Below, piece after piece: positions 41,101 through 53,980 of a DNA stretch of 64,000 nucleotides (positions within the stretch are counted from its first letter, which is position 1; each line of letters opens with the position of its first letter). Both the position numbers and the translations under genes were made by a program. This DNA comes from Octopus sinensis (lineage: Eukaryota), in NCBI RefSeq assembly GCF_006345805.1, contig NC_042999.1, positions 121,644,001 through 121,708,000 on the forward strand. Reading direction: 5' to 3'. The notes under the pieces are model-generated. The model was not told the DNA's origin and did no database searches. It worked only from the letters and a program-made list of their open reading frames with translations.

Positions 41101-42449
41101 TCTACTCACATACCCAAATTTCACGACCTGCCTTTCAACATACTTTATCATGACCCTTTTATTACAATATTTCTCTTGAAATACACTGACTTCGTTTTAA
41201 TTAATTCTGAAAATAAGGAAAAATTTAATAAAATAACTTTGCCATTATTGAACTAGTATTCGTGCTTAAATTAAAAATGTTCTTACTCTTTATTTTTAAT
41301 TTGAATCACTTAGTACAATAAATTTTAAATGCCTTTTACAGTAAGCTCAGATTATAAAGACAAATTTTATTTAATTTTCAAATTGGATATTAATTTGTAC
41401 AATTCTTTGTTTGATATATTTTTTAAGAAGTCTTATACAGTGTTTTTTTTGTTGTACTTTTCATTATCAATAAAACTGAGTAGATGAATTACATAACACT
41501 AGCCTAATTTTCTAAAGCAATAAATCTTTAAATTTTAGTCATTGTAGATCAGAGTTGATGTCCATTAGAAAATATTTCAAAGAATAATTTAAATGATCGT
41601 CATATAGCTTATAGAATTTCTCTTTGTGAACTGATAACTGCAGCAGGTAATTAATATGAAACAGTTGTCCACAATATAGAGACAGTTTCTAAACCGTATA
41701 ATAAATGTCAGCTTCAAAAAATCATAATACAAAAAGTGTGTTCCAAGTAAATCATAGCAATTAATTACCAATTCTCAAAGTTATGTGCCATTTTTTTTAA
41801 AGACATTATAGCAAAATTAGTAAGTAACTTGTTTGAGTGGATAAGTGTCCTCAAGTCCCCTCTAAATCTATTACTGATTGTTATATATTTTACTTTTAGT
41901 CAAGACATTTTATGAAGTGGAGAATCAGAATGTATTTGCACATTTTTTAATCAAGAAGCATTAACTTGTAGCATTCATTTTTTTGTTTATTTTGTATTTT
42001 CCTACATAAGTCTTACTGATAAATAGCTTTTCTAAATTTGCTAGTTTCCCTTTCAATATCTCCATTGATGAAGATCCTTTATCTAGCTTCTTACTCTTCC
42101 AATATGTCAACTGCTGAAAGTATTTCCTCTAATTTTGTCATCTCTTCACAATGTCTCTGCTGATAAAGCCTATTGACCAAATAGCCACAAAATTTCATAA
42201 ATCATGCTGACAATGTACCTCTGCGTGACAGCTTGTATCACCCTTTGTTAACTTTGTTGATAACCAGTCAAGAAAAAATAAGGTAAGGTAGAATCCACTT
42301 CTAAATTTAAACCCCCCAAATTCTCCAAGTAATACGTTTATTTAATTTTTTCATTTGTTGTGTTAAAATATATGCAATCACTAAAATAACATAATCTCAT
42401 ACTTGTCAAACTCACACTGTCTTCCTCATAGCTCTATTTCTAAAGAATG

Positions 42450-44200
42450 GCAATAAGCTTGGATATTTGCAAGTATAGGAAATTGAGTTCCAGTGATTAA
42501 GATACTCACTAGAAATTGGTGAAATGAATTGCAGACATTGTTTTATATTCAGTTATCATATATCGGCTACTGGCTCCTGCAACTACAGAATTAAAAAACG
42601 TTCCATTCTGTGATTGGAAAATTGCTTTAGGTGATAAACATTGCATGATTAACAACCATGCAAAAAGCATCAAGTATGAAAACAATGCAATTCACTTTGT
42701 ACAAGTTCTTCATCAAGTTGATGGTAAACACCGTCCATAAAATTATCAAGCAAAACAAAGAAAGAAATACTGTTAATATTCCATTTAATAATTCAGCTGG
42801 CCAAAAAGAACTACATGGATCGTAGAATTTTAAAAAATACAGGGATTTAGGTTACTTTCGGTATTTCATTAGGTGAAAAGCAGAGTAAAAAAGCTACACA
42901 TTTATTATTACACATGCAAAATAAATCAATAAATTTTTCTGTTGTTGTGTCAGACGAAATTAGGTCACTATTTGTAAATGACTTGAAGGATGCTAATTTT
43001 TTGTCAGTGACTACCAATGAAATACAGGATGCATCTATTGAATCACAACTTTTGTTAGTAGTGTAGAAAATGTTTAACTTTTTGATGGGTGCATGAAAAT
43101 TCCTCAAGCAAATGCATCAGTAACAAATAAATGCTGTTGCTAAAACTTTTAAAGGTTGGGCATACCAATTGAAAAATTCAGTGGGCAGAGATATATCACT
43201 TTTTTTATAATGACTAACTACTGATTTTGAAAAGCTGCAAAGATGTACTTGTCAGGAATTCCAGGGCTGTGTTGGAATGATTATCATGGTTTCTCTTGAG
43301 TAGTGTGAATTGTAAAAATATCAATTATTCTCTATTGGGGGATTTAAGAATAAGATCAACATATTTGATTTTGACTTGATGCATGAAACTATAAATTATT
43401 TGTTTAAAAAAATACTGGTAAACCATGCCAACGCTTTCTGAAACTAGGTGGATATCTGAAACATACTTCCTTTTTTGGACAATGAGGTCATTATACAGAT
43501 ATATCCATGCTACTGCACATATTCAGTTCTGAATCAATTTGTAATTTTTCATGCTGTCTTTGCACACATAAGAAAAATGGAAAATAAATTTATCAATTTC
43601 TTTTTATTGTATCAAAAATAAAATGAGGTTAATACTGTTTGACCTAAGAAAGCTAAGTTTTTTGTCAATGAGGTTTATAAAGAAGTAAAAACAATTGTAT
43701 ACAAAATTAATATGGACTGCATCAGTTGAAGATTATCATCACCAAAACACTAATTATTGCTTATGAATCTCATAAAACTCTCTTTAAAAATAAGGTTTCC
43801 AAGCTCAGTCTTGTGTTTCTTGCCAATTTGATCATGTGACACCAAATTTTAATTTCAATCAGGGAACAATATAAGGAAGAAATGATAAAATTATGACTCA
43901 TTTCATCAAGAAGTTGATGTTTAGCGAGTAATGAGTACTAAAATTTCTAAGGAAATTCTCACTCTGCAAGATCTGTATATTTCTTCACAAATATTCATGT
44001 GATCTTAGAGTTTCTAGCTTCTCTACAAGTTAGGTCTGTGGTGAGTGGAAGATCAATCACTGTACTACAAAGACTGAAAACATGTTGCTAAACCACTAGA
44101 GTAGCAAAATAACTCATGGTTTAGTCTCATTGAATATTTATCAAAATGACCAGAAGATGATGGCCATTAACAAAGAAAATATACTGTGCAGAAATAATTT
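42450..44200 (+). mobile_element. Decayed hAT transposase (ZMYM1/THAP12-like DUF4371 plus dimerisation domain)
   Basis: ANFLSVTTNEIQDASIESQL (cf. FS..ADETTD.S..EQL) near 42990; FFTNIHVILEFLASLQVRSVVSGRSITVLQRLKT (cf. FPNI..LL..LATLPVTS...ERS.S.L.RLKT) near 43980. Confidence 0.75.
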
Positions 44201-44577
44201 GTCAAGCTGTCTAAAGACAGGTAATTATTTCTCTTTTTCATGCCAGTGATACACTTATATTACATTGTATTGATACTTTACTTCATAAATGAGAACTGGC
44301 ATTTAATGAGCACTCTAAACATCTGCAAATGGCACCTTGTAATGTTTTGCAGTAATTAATCTTTGAAGAAATAATTGTAAATGGCATGAATATAATGTTG
44401 TTACTTTTCTGATTTGTTTCAACACAGAAACATCAAAATATTATAAAAACTGTTTAATTTATGAATAAAATTTCAGAAAATTAATTGGGATTTTGAGGAA
44501 ATCGAAACAAATATGATTGTTTGGATATATTACATCATTTTAATTCAAATATAGTAAGATGTCAATTTGTTTATATA

Positions 44578-45494
44578 TTGGGTCATCCCATAAATAATGC
44601 AGTTTTTAAAAATTTCTTTTATTTTTTAAAATTATGATAAACAAAGTTCTTTTTCAATCTAAAATATACTCTACTTCATTTTTTGCAATGCTCTTCCAGC
44701 TCTCTGGTAAACTTGCAAGGCCCCTCTTACAAAATCCACTTCTCTGTGATGAAAAATACTTCTACTGTACTGTTCTAAACTCATCTACAGAATTCATATT
44801 GTTTCCGTCCAAATGATTTGGAATTCTGCAGAATAAATTGTAATTTGATGGGGTAATGTGCAGTGAACATGGTGGGTGGAGTATCGTTTCTCATTCAAAC
44901 TGTTCCAGCCTTTGAAATGTCAGCCTCACTGTATGTAGCCAAGCATTATCTTGATGGAAGAATACCTGTCCTCTTGAAACCAATGTTGGATATATTTCTT
45001 CTAGCGCTGGTGTCGATGAATGGTTGAATGACCAAATCCAAGTTTCTCTGTTAGTTCCTCAAAAGTTACGATGGGATACTGATCCCCCAGAGTTTGCAGG
45101 ACGTCCTCATCTAGCTCTGCAGATCATCTGGATTGAGGCTCGACTTCTAGGCTGTAGTTTCCAGGTCAGAATTTCTGGAACCACTATTGACACTGGCTTA
45201 CACTTATTGGTCCGATCCCCATATATGGCCTTAGTATTCCTCGCATTTCCCCTTGCTTTGTTGCCTTTATTGAACTCGTAAAGCAAAATATATCGAATAT
45301 GCTCTTTGTCACTTCCATTATAGCTTTGGAAAAATAACTTTTAAAATCATACTGCACTCTCCAAAACTTGCACAAAGAATAAGTACATGTTAAAATTACT
45401 ATCTGCTTTGATGGCAAGTTGATACAGATATTTTATTCCCTCCCCCTCCAACTTTTAGTTCATGCAATTGAAACAACCACATTATTTATGAGAT

Positions 45495-45500
<6 letters not shown>
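44578..45500 (-). mobile_element. Internally deleted mariner element with both TIRs
   Basis: TIRs gtcatcccataaataatg and cattatttatgagatgac in TA context; minus strand HPPCSLHITPSNYNLF (cf. HPPYSPDLAPSDYHLF) and FHQDNA. Confidence 0.85.
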
Positions 45501-45547
<47 letters not shown>

Positions 45548-45554
<7 letters not shown>

Positions 45555-46220
45555 GATTAAAGTCTAGATATGAAATTTTACAATCTAGCTACGAAACCTT
45601 ATTTTCAGTAGTGTGTTGGCAGAGCACGTTCACCACTTAAGACAACCAGACGTCATCCATGGTAAATGGTGTTAGGCCATTGGATCTACGTTAGGAATTC
45701 TTCGCTGCACATTGAGTACATTCTAAATGATAGATACAGAAGACACAATGTATTGTAAACATTATTTATCACAACAATCTTTTTGGCATACTTCTCCACT
45801 GCTCCCAAGTGGGTGGGGAACGATATAATGAAATCGAATGCACCCCACAGTGCAGAAGGAACCTCATCAGGTGACATAATTGGCTTCTAAGTCATAAAAT
45901 TTACATTTCGCTCGTAGGTGTAGCTAGATGATGTTGTTATTATTGGTATGTTGGTAGTAGTCGGTTCCCAAAATACATTCGTGAAACAGAATAAGCGTGG
46001 TGTGTATTCAGAGTTCAACAGGCAGGAAGTGGTTGATAAAAAATACAAAATAGAATGCAAAGAATATAGAGGTAGGTCTTAATGGCTTTGGAATGACCGA
46101 TGGATTCACTACCACCTACGGTTATTTACTGTCCTAAATAATGTACTTTGCCATGATATGTCTTGTTTTAGAGATGAGCATCCCACCACATACAATACAT
46201 GCTTAAATGTCTCAAATATG
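45548..46220 (-). mobile_element. Penelope-like element 3' end (GIY-YIG remnant plus pLTR)
   Basis: KHVLYVVGCSSLKQD...QSTLFR resembles PLE GIY-YIG NV.Y.I.C..C...YIGQT; followed by a hammerhead motif; ends at (TA)n. Confidence 0.6.
45767..45876 (-). ncRNA. Degenerate type I hammerhead ribozyme
   Basis: UGUCAC-CUGAUGA-GGUUCCUUCUGCACUG...CAGUGGAGAAGUAUGCC-AAAA-A-GAUU-GUU-GUGAUA; stems I and II pair; GAAA has become AAAA. Confidence 0.65.
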
Positions 46221-46221
46221 T

Positions 46222-47270
46222 GTATATGCTGAAGTGTCATTATCCTGGCATAGAAGAACTCTTTTGTTTCAGACTCCAAGAAACTTCCTACAGCGTCTAT
46301 GACGTCCTTGTCACTGGCAAAATGGCGACCAGCCAGGGCATTTTTCATTTTTGGGAATAGATGAAAAGCAAAGGGAGCTAAGTTTGGCAAATAAGGTGGA
46401 TGGGGAACAAGTTCGTATCTACAATCACGAATTCTTGCCATGGCAACCACTGAGGTGTGGGCTGGAGCATTGTTATAATGAAAAAGGACTCCTTTGGTGA
46501 GCATTCTTGGCCTTTTTTCTTTGATTGCTTCTCGGAGGTGTTTCAGTAGCTGAGAATAATACAGCCCTGTCACGGTGTGACCCTTTTCAAGGTAATCGAT
46601 CAGGACACCTTGAGAATCCAAAAACAGAAACGGACGCCATGACCTTGCCAGCTGAAGGAATGACCCTGGCCTTCTTTGGAGTAGGAGAAGATATGTGTTT
46701 CCACTGCTTTGATTGTTCTTTGGTTTCAGACTGGTAGTGATGAACCCAGTTTTTGTCCATAGTAATGAAACAAGCAAGAAAATTCCCTTCATTGGCTTCA
46801 TACAATTCCAGATTGTACGTAGGCAAAGTGCACCTGGTGCGTTTCTGTTCAGAAGTCAAAAGGCGAGGGACCCACTTTCCGGAAACCTTTGAGAACCCAA
46901 GTTCTTTTGTCACAATGTTGTCTGCTATTTCAGTTGAGATGCCCAGTCTCTCGGCTATCAGACATGATATTCGGTGATCTTGCATTATCATACCAAGAGC
47001 AAAGCCAAGGTTGTCCTTGGTGGTTGCAGTTGGAGGTCTCCCTGGTGTGGGATCATATTCCACACTCTCCCTGCCAAGCTTGAATTCATTTACCCAGCGT
47101 TTGACTGTTGCATATGAAGAAGCATTGTCTGTTAAGGTTCTCACCATATCTTCATAGATTTCTGATGAAGTCATGCTTTCAAATGAAAGTACTTCATGAC
47201 AGCATGATACTCAGTTTTCTCCATTCTCCTTGTAACCTCGACATTTGTTAATTCAAAAATTTGCAACAAG
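46222..47270 (-). mobile_element. Mariner (DD34D-type) transposase pseudogene, nearly full coding length, no TIRs seen
   Basis: ATG at 47224 (MEKTEYHAVMKYF), WVPRLL, ITMDKNWVHHY, HYNNAPAH, HPPYLPNLAPFAFHLFPKMK; frameshifts. Confidence 0.95.
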
Positions 47271-47279
47271 AATAAATTA

Positions 47280-48165
47280 GAATATCCAAAAATTAGTATA
47301 ACCAAAAATAGTGAATCTCTCAAACATAAACCTTTCAACCCAGCAAATCAAAATCCTTTCAAAAGGACTAAACTTCACTCCAACCCCACAATACCCTAAC
47401 CTGAGTGAAATACAGGATGCTGTCTCATACTTTTGCAGAAAATTACACCTCACAGAGGAATGTTTTGACAAAGAAATTAATAACAAGGAATCAAGACCAA
47501 TTATAAGGCAGAAACAAAATTTTGGACAAATTTTGTGACTACATTACAAACTTTCCTTATAGCGAATTTCCACAACCTAAACCCAAGCCCAATATCAGTA
47601 AAAGGGAATGGGAAATCATGTATGAGTTACAAAACAATCATGACATGACAATCAAGGGAACAGAAAAGAGTAGTACTGTCGTCATTATGGATACTGAACA
47701 GTACAAAAACTCTGTATCTCACCTCTTACAAGATACTACCTACTATGAAAGAGTAGTCAACCACCAACAATCAATAACAATTACCAAATTAAACACATTC
47801 ATTTGCCAACATCGAAATAACTTAACGGCAAAGGAAGGTGACTACCTAACAAATTTTAATTGCAAAACCAGCATCCTCTATGGGCTTCCAAGAATCCACA
47901 AGAGCAAGATAATTACCAAAGCTTGCAAAAAGTTCACTTCAACCTGCATCACTGTACCACATCCCACTGATCTCAAACTGAGACCAACTGTGGCAGGCGC
48001 AAACTGTGAAGCACACAGATTAAGCAACTTCATCGATGTACTCTTAAAACCAATACTTAAATACATACCAAGTATTGTAAGAGATGATGGACCTACTAAA
48101 TCCTCTCCCCAAACATACTAATAAAGACATTTTCATTGTCTCCTTTGATGTAATTAACCATTTTT
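47280..48165 (+). mobile_element. Penelope-like element reverse transcriptase, N-terminal half
   Basis: NLSNINLS...LSKGLNFTPTP, IKGTEKSSTVVIMD (cf. IK.ADKG..VV.MD), YGLPRIHK, LRPTVAG, HRLSNFIDVLLKP, VSFDV. Confidence 0.92.
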
Positions 48166-48649
48166 AAGATTGTCATTTAAATGTTTACTAGCATAGCCAA
48201 TTCTATTAATAATTATTGTGATAAGTGTGAATTTATAATCTGGATAGAGTAATTGCAAGTTTTAAATCAGTTGTCCATAATTATTCTTCTCACTGATTTT
48301 GGAAGAGATGCTCACATTTTCATAGGAATTGATCACTATGACTATACATGGTTCTTCTTTTCTCTCCTGAGCAACTATATGTATGTATGTGCATGTATAT
48401 GTAGGTATGTACGTGTGTGTGTGTGCATGTGGTGTTTATGTGTTCGGCAGAATATCAATTGGTGAAAGGAATGGTTATGTAACAATGTGAGTTTTGTAAA
48501 GTTATTTAGTATGTTATTTAATGGATTTCATATTTGGAAACTGACCATACTATTGAGATGCCTGTAGTGATGTTATGAACTAGCCACCTGTTTTTGTTTA
48601 GTATATATATATTTATGTATATATATCTATATCTATCTATATATATATA

Positions 48650-48920
48650 GTGGTGGTGGTGTTACACACCATACTAATCATATCTGTCAGGCATGTGGAA
48701 GAGAGTGTAATTCGGCAGGAGGACTTAAATGACATGCAAAGGTACATGAAGCCCAGTTACAACTACAGCCGGTTATTACTGGTAAAGGTTTTAGTTGCCA
48801 ATTCTGTACAAGACATTGTAGATCTTTGGGTGGGCTAAAAAGTCACATTCAATCACAGCACCAGTAACAGTTAAGCTTCATGCAATGGCCATACTCGATA
48901 ATGAGGGGGTAGCCATAATA
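48650..48920 (+). mobile_element. RTE LINE extreme 3' end (two C2H2 zinc fingers plus 3' UTR) between (TA)n tracts
   Basis: ICQACGRECNSAGGLK*HAKVH...FSCQFCTRHCRSLGGLKSHIQSQH; tail similar to that at 24369. Confidence 0.75.
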
Positions 48921-48945
48921 ATATATGTATGTATATATATATATA

Positions 48946-49031
<86 letters not shown>

Positions 49032-49138
49032 TATATATATATGCATATATATACATACACAGACATACATACATATACATATGTACATACGTATAAGGTT
49101 GCATGTATATGTACACACACATACACACACACACATAT
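48921..49138. repeat. (TA)n/(CA)n compound microsatellite
   Basis: Direct reading. Confidence 0.95.
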
Positions 49139-49879
49139 AAGATCTCTGTTTGGAGTCATCAGTGATAAACTATATGAGTTATGGCAACTAAATAAATATG
49201 CAGTCATTTAAGTGGGTATTTTGGAATTACCTATTTGGTCATGGAACACATAATGTAGGTGTTACAATTTTATATCTAAGATAAGGCATTGCATCTCCTG
49301 GATCAACTCTATGAAAATTAGTGAGTTTATCACTATGGAATTAAACCTACCAATAAAAGTTTAAGGTTACTAATTCACAGAAGACTGGTGGTTTGGTTTG
49401 AGAATAACTAGAAACTGATGGGCTCATAAGGATTTATACATAAATACTACTTGAATATACTTGCAAGATATACATTCAGTTTGGATGGTACTCAGAAAAT
49501 TATTTACCAAAATATAAGTAAATAATTTTCAGAATATAAATTGAACTGATATGTACTTTGGTTGATAATTTTCTAATTTGTAGATGCTTGTAAATTTAGT
49601 TTCTAAGAGAAAATCAGATTCTAATATGTTAGTATTGTCTCATACAAATTCTACTTTAATGATTTGATATTTTGTAATACTTCCAAATCTCAGATAAACT
49701 ATCATAGTTTTCAGCTAGAAGCAGCTCAGTTCATGACTAATCTAATAGTACTGCGTGTTAAGAAGTTGTTTATATGTTGGTATAACAAGAATTCATCTTA
49801 GCCAGATTAGTGTTTTTCAAAGACTTTGCTTAATTCTGCAAGAGAGTTCTTAAAGAATATATTTCAGCTATTGTATGCT

Positions 49880-50112
49880 TTAACATAGTGGAATGTTGAA
49901 ACAGTAGTGTGTATGAATCATATTGTATTTAGCAACATGCTTTTACATTCTGAGTTCAAATCTTGGTGTGATAACATTTTTTTAGCTTAAATCTTGGTAT
50001 GTGTTTATTTACCACTAGAGTTGGAAAAAGAATACATTTAAGATAAAGGACTCAAGTTTGCCTCTCCCTTACAAATTTGTAGCCATGTGCTAAATATGAA
50101 AAATCATTATTA
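49880..50112 (+). mobile_element. Degenerate short SINE (63 kb family)
   Basis: ttttacattctgagttcaaatc B-box region; tail caaatttgtagccatgtgctaaatatgaaaaatcatt. Confidence 0.6.
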
Positions 50113-53100
50113 CTTTTGATATTGTTTATATTTTTAATTTCACACTTTAATTAGTAGGAATTTTTAAGCATTATTTTGATGGTTTAGTTATTTTCTTCAA
50201 TAACTTTCATTTAAAACTTTTCATTTGATGATTTTTATTCAGACCTTTTAATGAAGATATTGTTTCTGATCGCCAAAATTTATTCTTTGCATAATTAAGC
50301 AAGTACTATTTCTTTTTCTCTGAGAAAAATTTTCTACATATTTATTTTGAATTTTTGATGTGGAATTATATTTTAGTTTTTCTTATCTATGTTTTTAATA
50401 TTTCCATTCTATTGAATTTCTAACATTTGAAAATCATTGTTGTGTCTTTTGAGTTGTCTAGTATTCCATGTGTATCTGTGTAGGGTTTTCCAATTGTCAT
50501 TTACAAGAAGTTCTTGAGGTGTAATGTGATATCAAGCAGAAGTCCCATAGCCTTCCTTGTGTCTTATTTCCATTTTTCTTTTCAATTATCATCCCTAGTG
50601 TGTCAAAATTGAAGAGAAGCTAAACCAAGAAATAAGTTTTAATGGCAAGCTCTCATTTAGTATTTAATTCCCACAAGACCTAGATAACTCTATGTTGAAT
50701 TAATGAATGGTACAGTGCATATCTTATGAAACATTAATAACTTTGTTTCAGCACCATATCTAAGCAAATGTTTGTTTTAAATGCTGTGTGTTATACAATC
50801 AGAAACATTTCATTAAGAAAATATCTGTGAAAATCTATTTTACTATACATTTTGCTGTTCTCCTTTTTTTTTTACTACTGTTATATATTTTGAAGGTAAA
50901 CTACTGTCAAATTATCTTATATAGCACATTCAATTGTTTAAATGCAAAAATGTAATTTTCATGTAGATTTGTAGTATTTAATCAAGTCGCTATTTCTTTA
51001 AAACATAATGGGAGAAAATATGTATTCCTAATCTTATAACTTATTTTACATTGATATGTTGTGGTACCTCTAAGTATTCATTTTTCTTTGAAATGAAACA
51101 TATTTATTCTCTATTTTTGTTAATTACTTTTAAATAGAGAAATAAGTAATTTTTAAAAAGTTTATTTTGATTTCCATTTATTTATTTTATGTACAGAATA
51201 TTTAACATTATACATGAGTGTTTTTTTAACATAAAAGCAGGTTTAGAATGAAGACTTGCTATTCAGTGCCCTTTTTAATTCCATTCTCAAATTTTGTTCA
51301 TGCTTTACATCTAGACTTTCTACAACTCTCATTATTTTGAGCTGTTGAAGAGCAGTGTTTAATAATAGGGCATTTTATGTTAGATTCATTCAGGAAATTA
51401 AACTTAACAATTTACCTGGAAATTAAAAAAATACAAACACTGTTTATTGAGTAAAGTTAAATGTTAAGGTGGTATGGTGATAAATATTGCTAAAAAAGGA
51501 TGAAAAGGAAAAACTTCTCAAGTTGTCAGCAAGAAGGAGCTGTATAAAAGCTGTGTAAAAAAGTTGGAAAAAATATTATTTTCATCTCATAATAAAATCT
51601 GAAAATCTATTAAAAGGTTGGTTGGAAGAATATATCCAATAGAAACAATAATTTTTGACGGTGCAAAACATTTGTCCATGCAATATTCCCTTTTCTACCG
51701 TATTTTTAAATGTATTTTTCTATACTTCTCACTTTTTTGCGTGATCTTTCAGTATATTTAATTTTTTTCAACTTATGTAATCAATTTTTGTTTTTGCATG
51801 TTTCCCCTTTTATTGTAAGCCTACAAAAATCAAAGCAAATATTTCCATTGAAGTAATGCATCTATTTCTTCTCTTCTGTGTGCAAAATGCCTTTCTATAA
51901 TATATGTTTACCCATTCTTTCCCTAATTGAATAAAAAAGAAAAGATAGAAAGGTTTCCAATATGGCAAATAGGTTGATGTATATTAATATTTGACAGTGG
52001 GAAGATTAGATGATGCTCTTTTCACATCTGTTTCTCTATTGAGAAGAAACTTGTAATATTAAATATTTACCCTCAAAACCTAATATATATAGTGTAAAAA
52101 AAGATAGATTTTATTTTGGTTTTACTTTATATAAGAACACTTTTCATCAATGAAATCTCAAGTGATAGAAGTAAGATGGCAGAGTATGTATGATACTGAG
52201 TTTCCAGCTTATGGTTTATGAGTTCAGATGCTCTTCAGTATATTATTGTGTTTCTAAACATGACATTATTCTATGTTTCAGGGTCGTTGTTACTAGCCTT
52301 AGATCTGCAAGTTAGTTATGACCATCCCATCTTTTTTACAAACATAGTATATCTAAGACTATTTTACTCTATACATTAATTTTTAATCCAAATGCATGTA
52401 ATTTGCAGGAGATTTATCTGACAAGTGAAAAATGTCAAACACACCACATCCATCTAGAAGGCAGTGGTTTAGAGGCCTCTTTGACATGTTCCTAGTTTCT
52501 AGTGATAGATACATTGGACTGACTTTCTATTCAATATGATGTTTATTTCTCCTGCTTTAGTTTTGCAAATATCAATAGGTTTCTGAAATTTGTGTATTGA
52601 TGAATTTTTTATAGGATAGCTCTAATTTTATAAATATATGCATAATATATGTCCTTTCTTCCAATAGTCATAAAAAGCATTATACTGTTTAGATTTCATG
52701 AGAAAGAAATATTAAAGCTATTGAGAATTACTCATGGATCTGTAGCAGGTGTAGTAACAAAAAGTATTGGCAAAGAATGCAAAACTGTCTTAGGTGATTA
52801 TCTTTGTTCATTGCTTTTTGTTCCTTTTTACTTCATTACTTTAAGCATTATCAATTTTATTATCCTAAAAATTTATATCTAATGATTCTTAAATATAATA
52901 TCACTCAACACTTTCTATATAATGTTGCCTAATTATTCATTCAAGTCTTTTCAATATTTTATGGTTGTGGTCATAGTTTGAAATTCACACAAAGATTGTG
53001 AACATAAATTGCAATAGAAGAAAATATTTAGAAATTTCCTCGTAACATTATTTTAAATTATATATATATATACATCATACTAATATCGGTTGGATGGCCA

Positions 53101-53169
53101 ACTAAATGACATATTAGCAAGTATCATCCTCTTTCTTTTTCTTTTTTGTTTCTTATTTTCAGTATTTAA

Positions 53170-53980
53170 CATTCTGAACCAATCAGCAAACTTTTGTGTT
53201 TCCCATGGGTTCATTCTAATGTTAGCATGAAGCAAGCTTTTCATAAGCACACATCATCCTTTCACCTCATCTGTCTATTCTTCATACATCAGGAGATAGT
53301 CCTATGCTCTTCTTGTCCAACATCCACAGGTTTTCCATGCTCAGCACCCATGTCTCACCATAATACAACATCACACCTCTTACAAATGCTTTATATAGTC
53401 TGAGTCTTTAAGGAGGGAGAAATCTTTTTACCAATAGAGGCAATAAGTTCCTGAATTAATTCCAAATCTTCTTTCCTTCTGGCTACACTTCTTTCACTGC
53501 AATTATCACAAATTAGTGCTGGGTATACTCTCTTCAATGTCTACCCTGCTACCTCTACAAATTATCTGGACTACCTGAACCCTATCTTTTCTCTCAATCT
53601 ACTAGAGATTCTATGGCATATCTTGTGAGACCCCTATTTACAATGACTACACAGTTCATAACTGTTTCTTACATAAACAGTTAGATCACCTATCAGAGGG
53701 TTCTACAAATATTTTCCTTTTCTGATTATCACATAAAACTACTGTCTTTTGGACCATACTATTAAGATAAATTTCTTAGCCCTTTATCAGATTCTTCTCA
53801 AAGATAGCCAGTGTATTTCCTTAAATATATTATAACAGATAAATGGAAGGTAAATAGAGCCCTTGTAATCATCCACCTGAACAATAAATTTCTTGCTAAA
53901 GCTTTCAAGATTCTTATACATGGTTTCAACAACTCTTATAACCCATCCTTTTAAAAGTATATTTTGTTATGTCCCCCCAA
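53170..53980 (-). mobile_element. Old RTE LINE 3' fragment
   Basis: Minus strand FRNLLPLLVK (cf. AW.KFRELLPLL..K) and traces of the R.RW.GHV motif. Confidence 0.55.

Noticed and set aside
41615-41652. tgcag|CAG|gtaatt as a 3-nt microexon or 32-nt exon
   Set aside because: Weak pyrimidine tract; not distinguishable from chance
46109-46801. 230-aa ORF as a functional mariner-GIY-YIG fusion protein
   Set aside because: N-terminal part is out of frame with the transposase, catalytic motifs are mutated and the GIY-YIG part is frameshifted
48650-48870. Two C2H2 zinc fingers suggesting a host zinc-finger gene
   Set aside because: In-frame stop, no TGEKP linker, LINE-type tail and TA flanks; it is an RTE C-terminus
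49141-49170. Minus-strand CTGATGA suggesting a fourth hammerhead
   Set aside because: No GAAA, no stem II and no stem I partner
51405-51440. Minus-strand AG|GT site (tttttttaatttccag|gtaaat); a similar one lies near 23270
   Set aside because: Shows such motifs arise by chance in AT-rich DNA; kept as a caution against the weaker + strand sites
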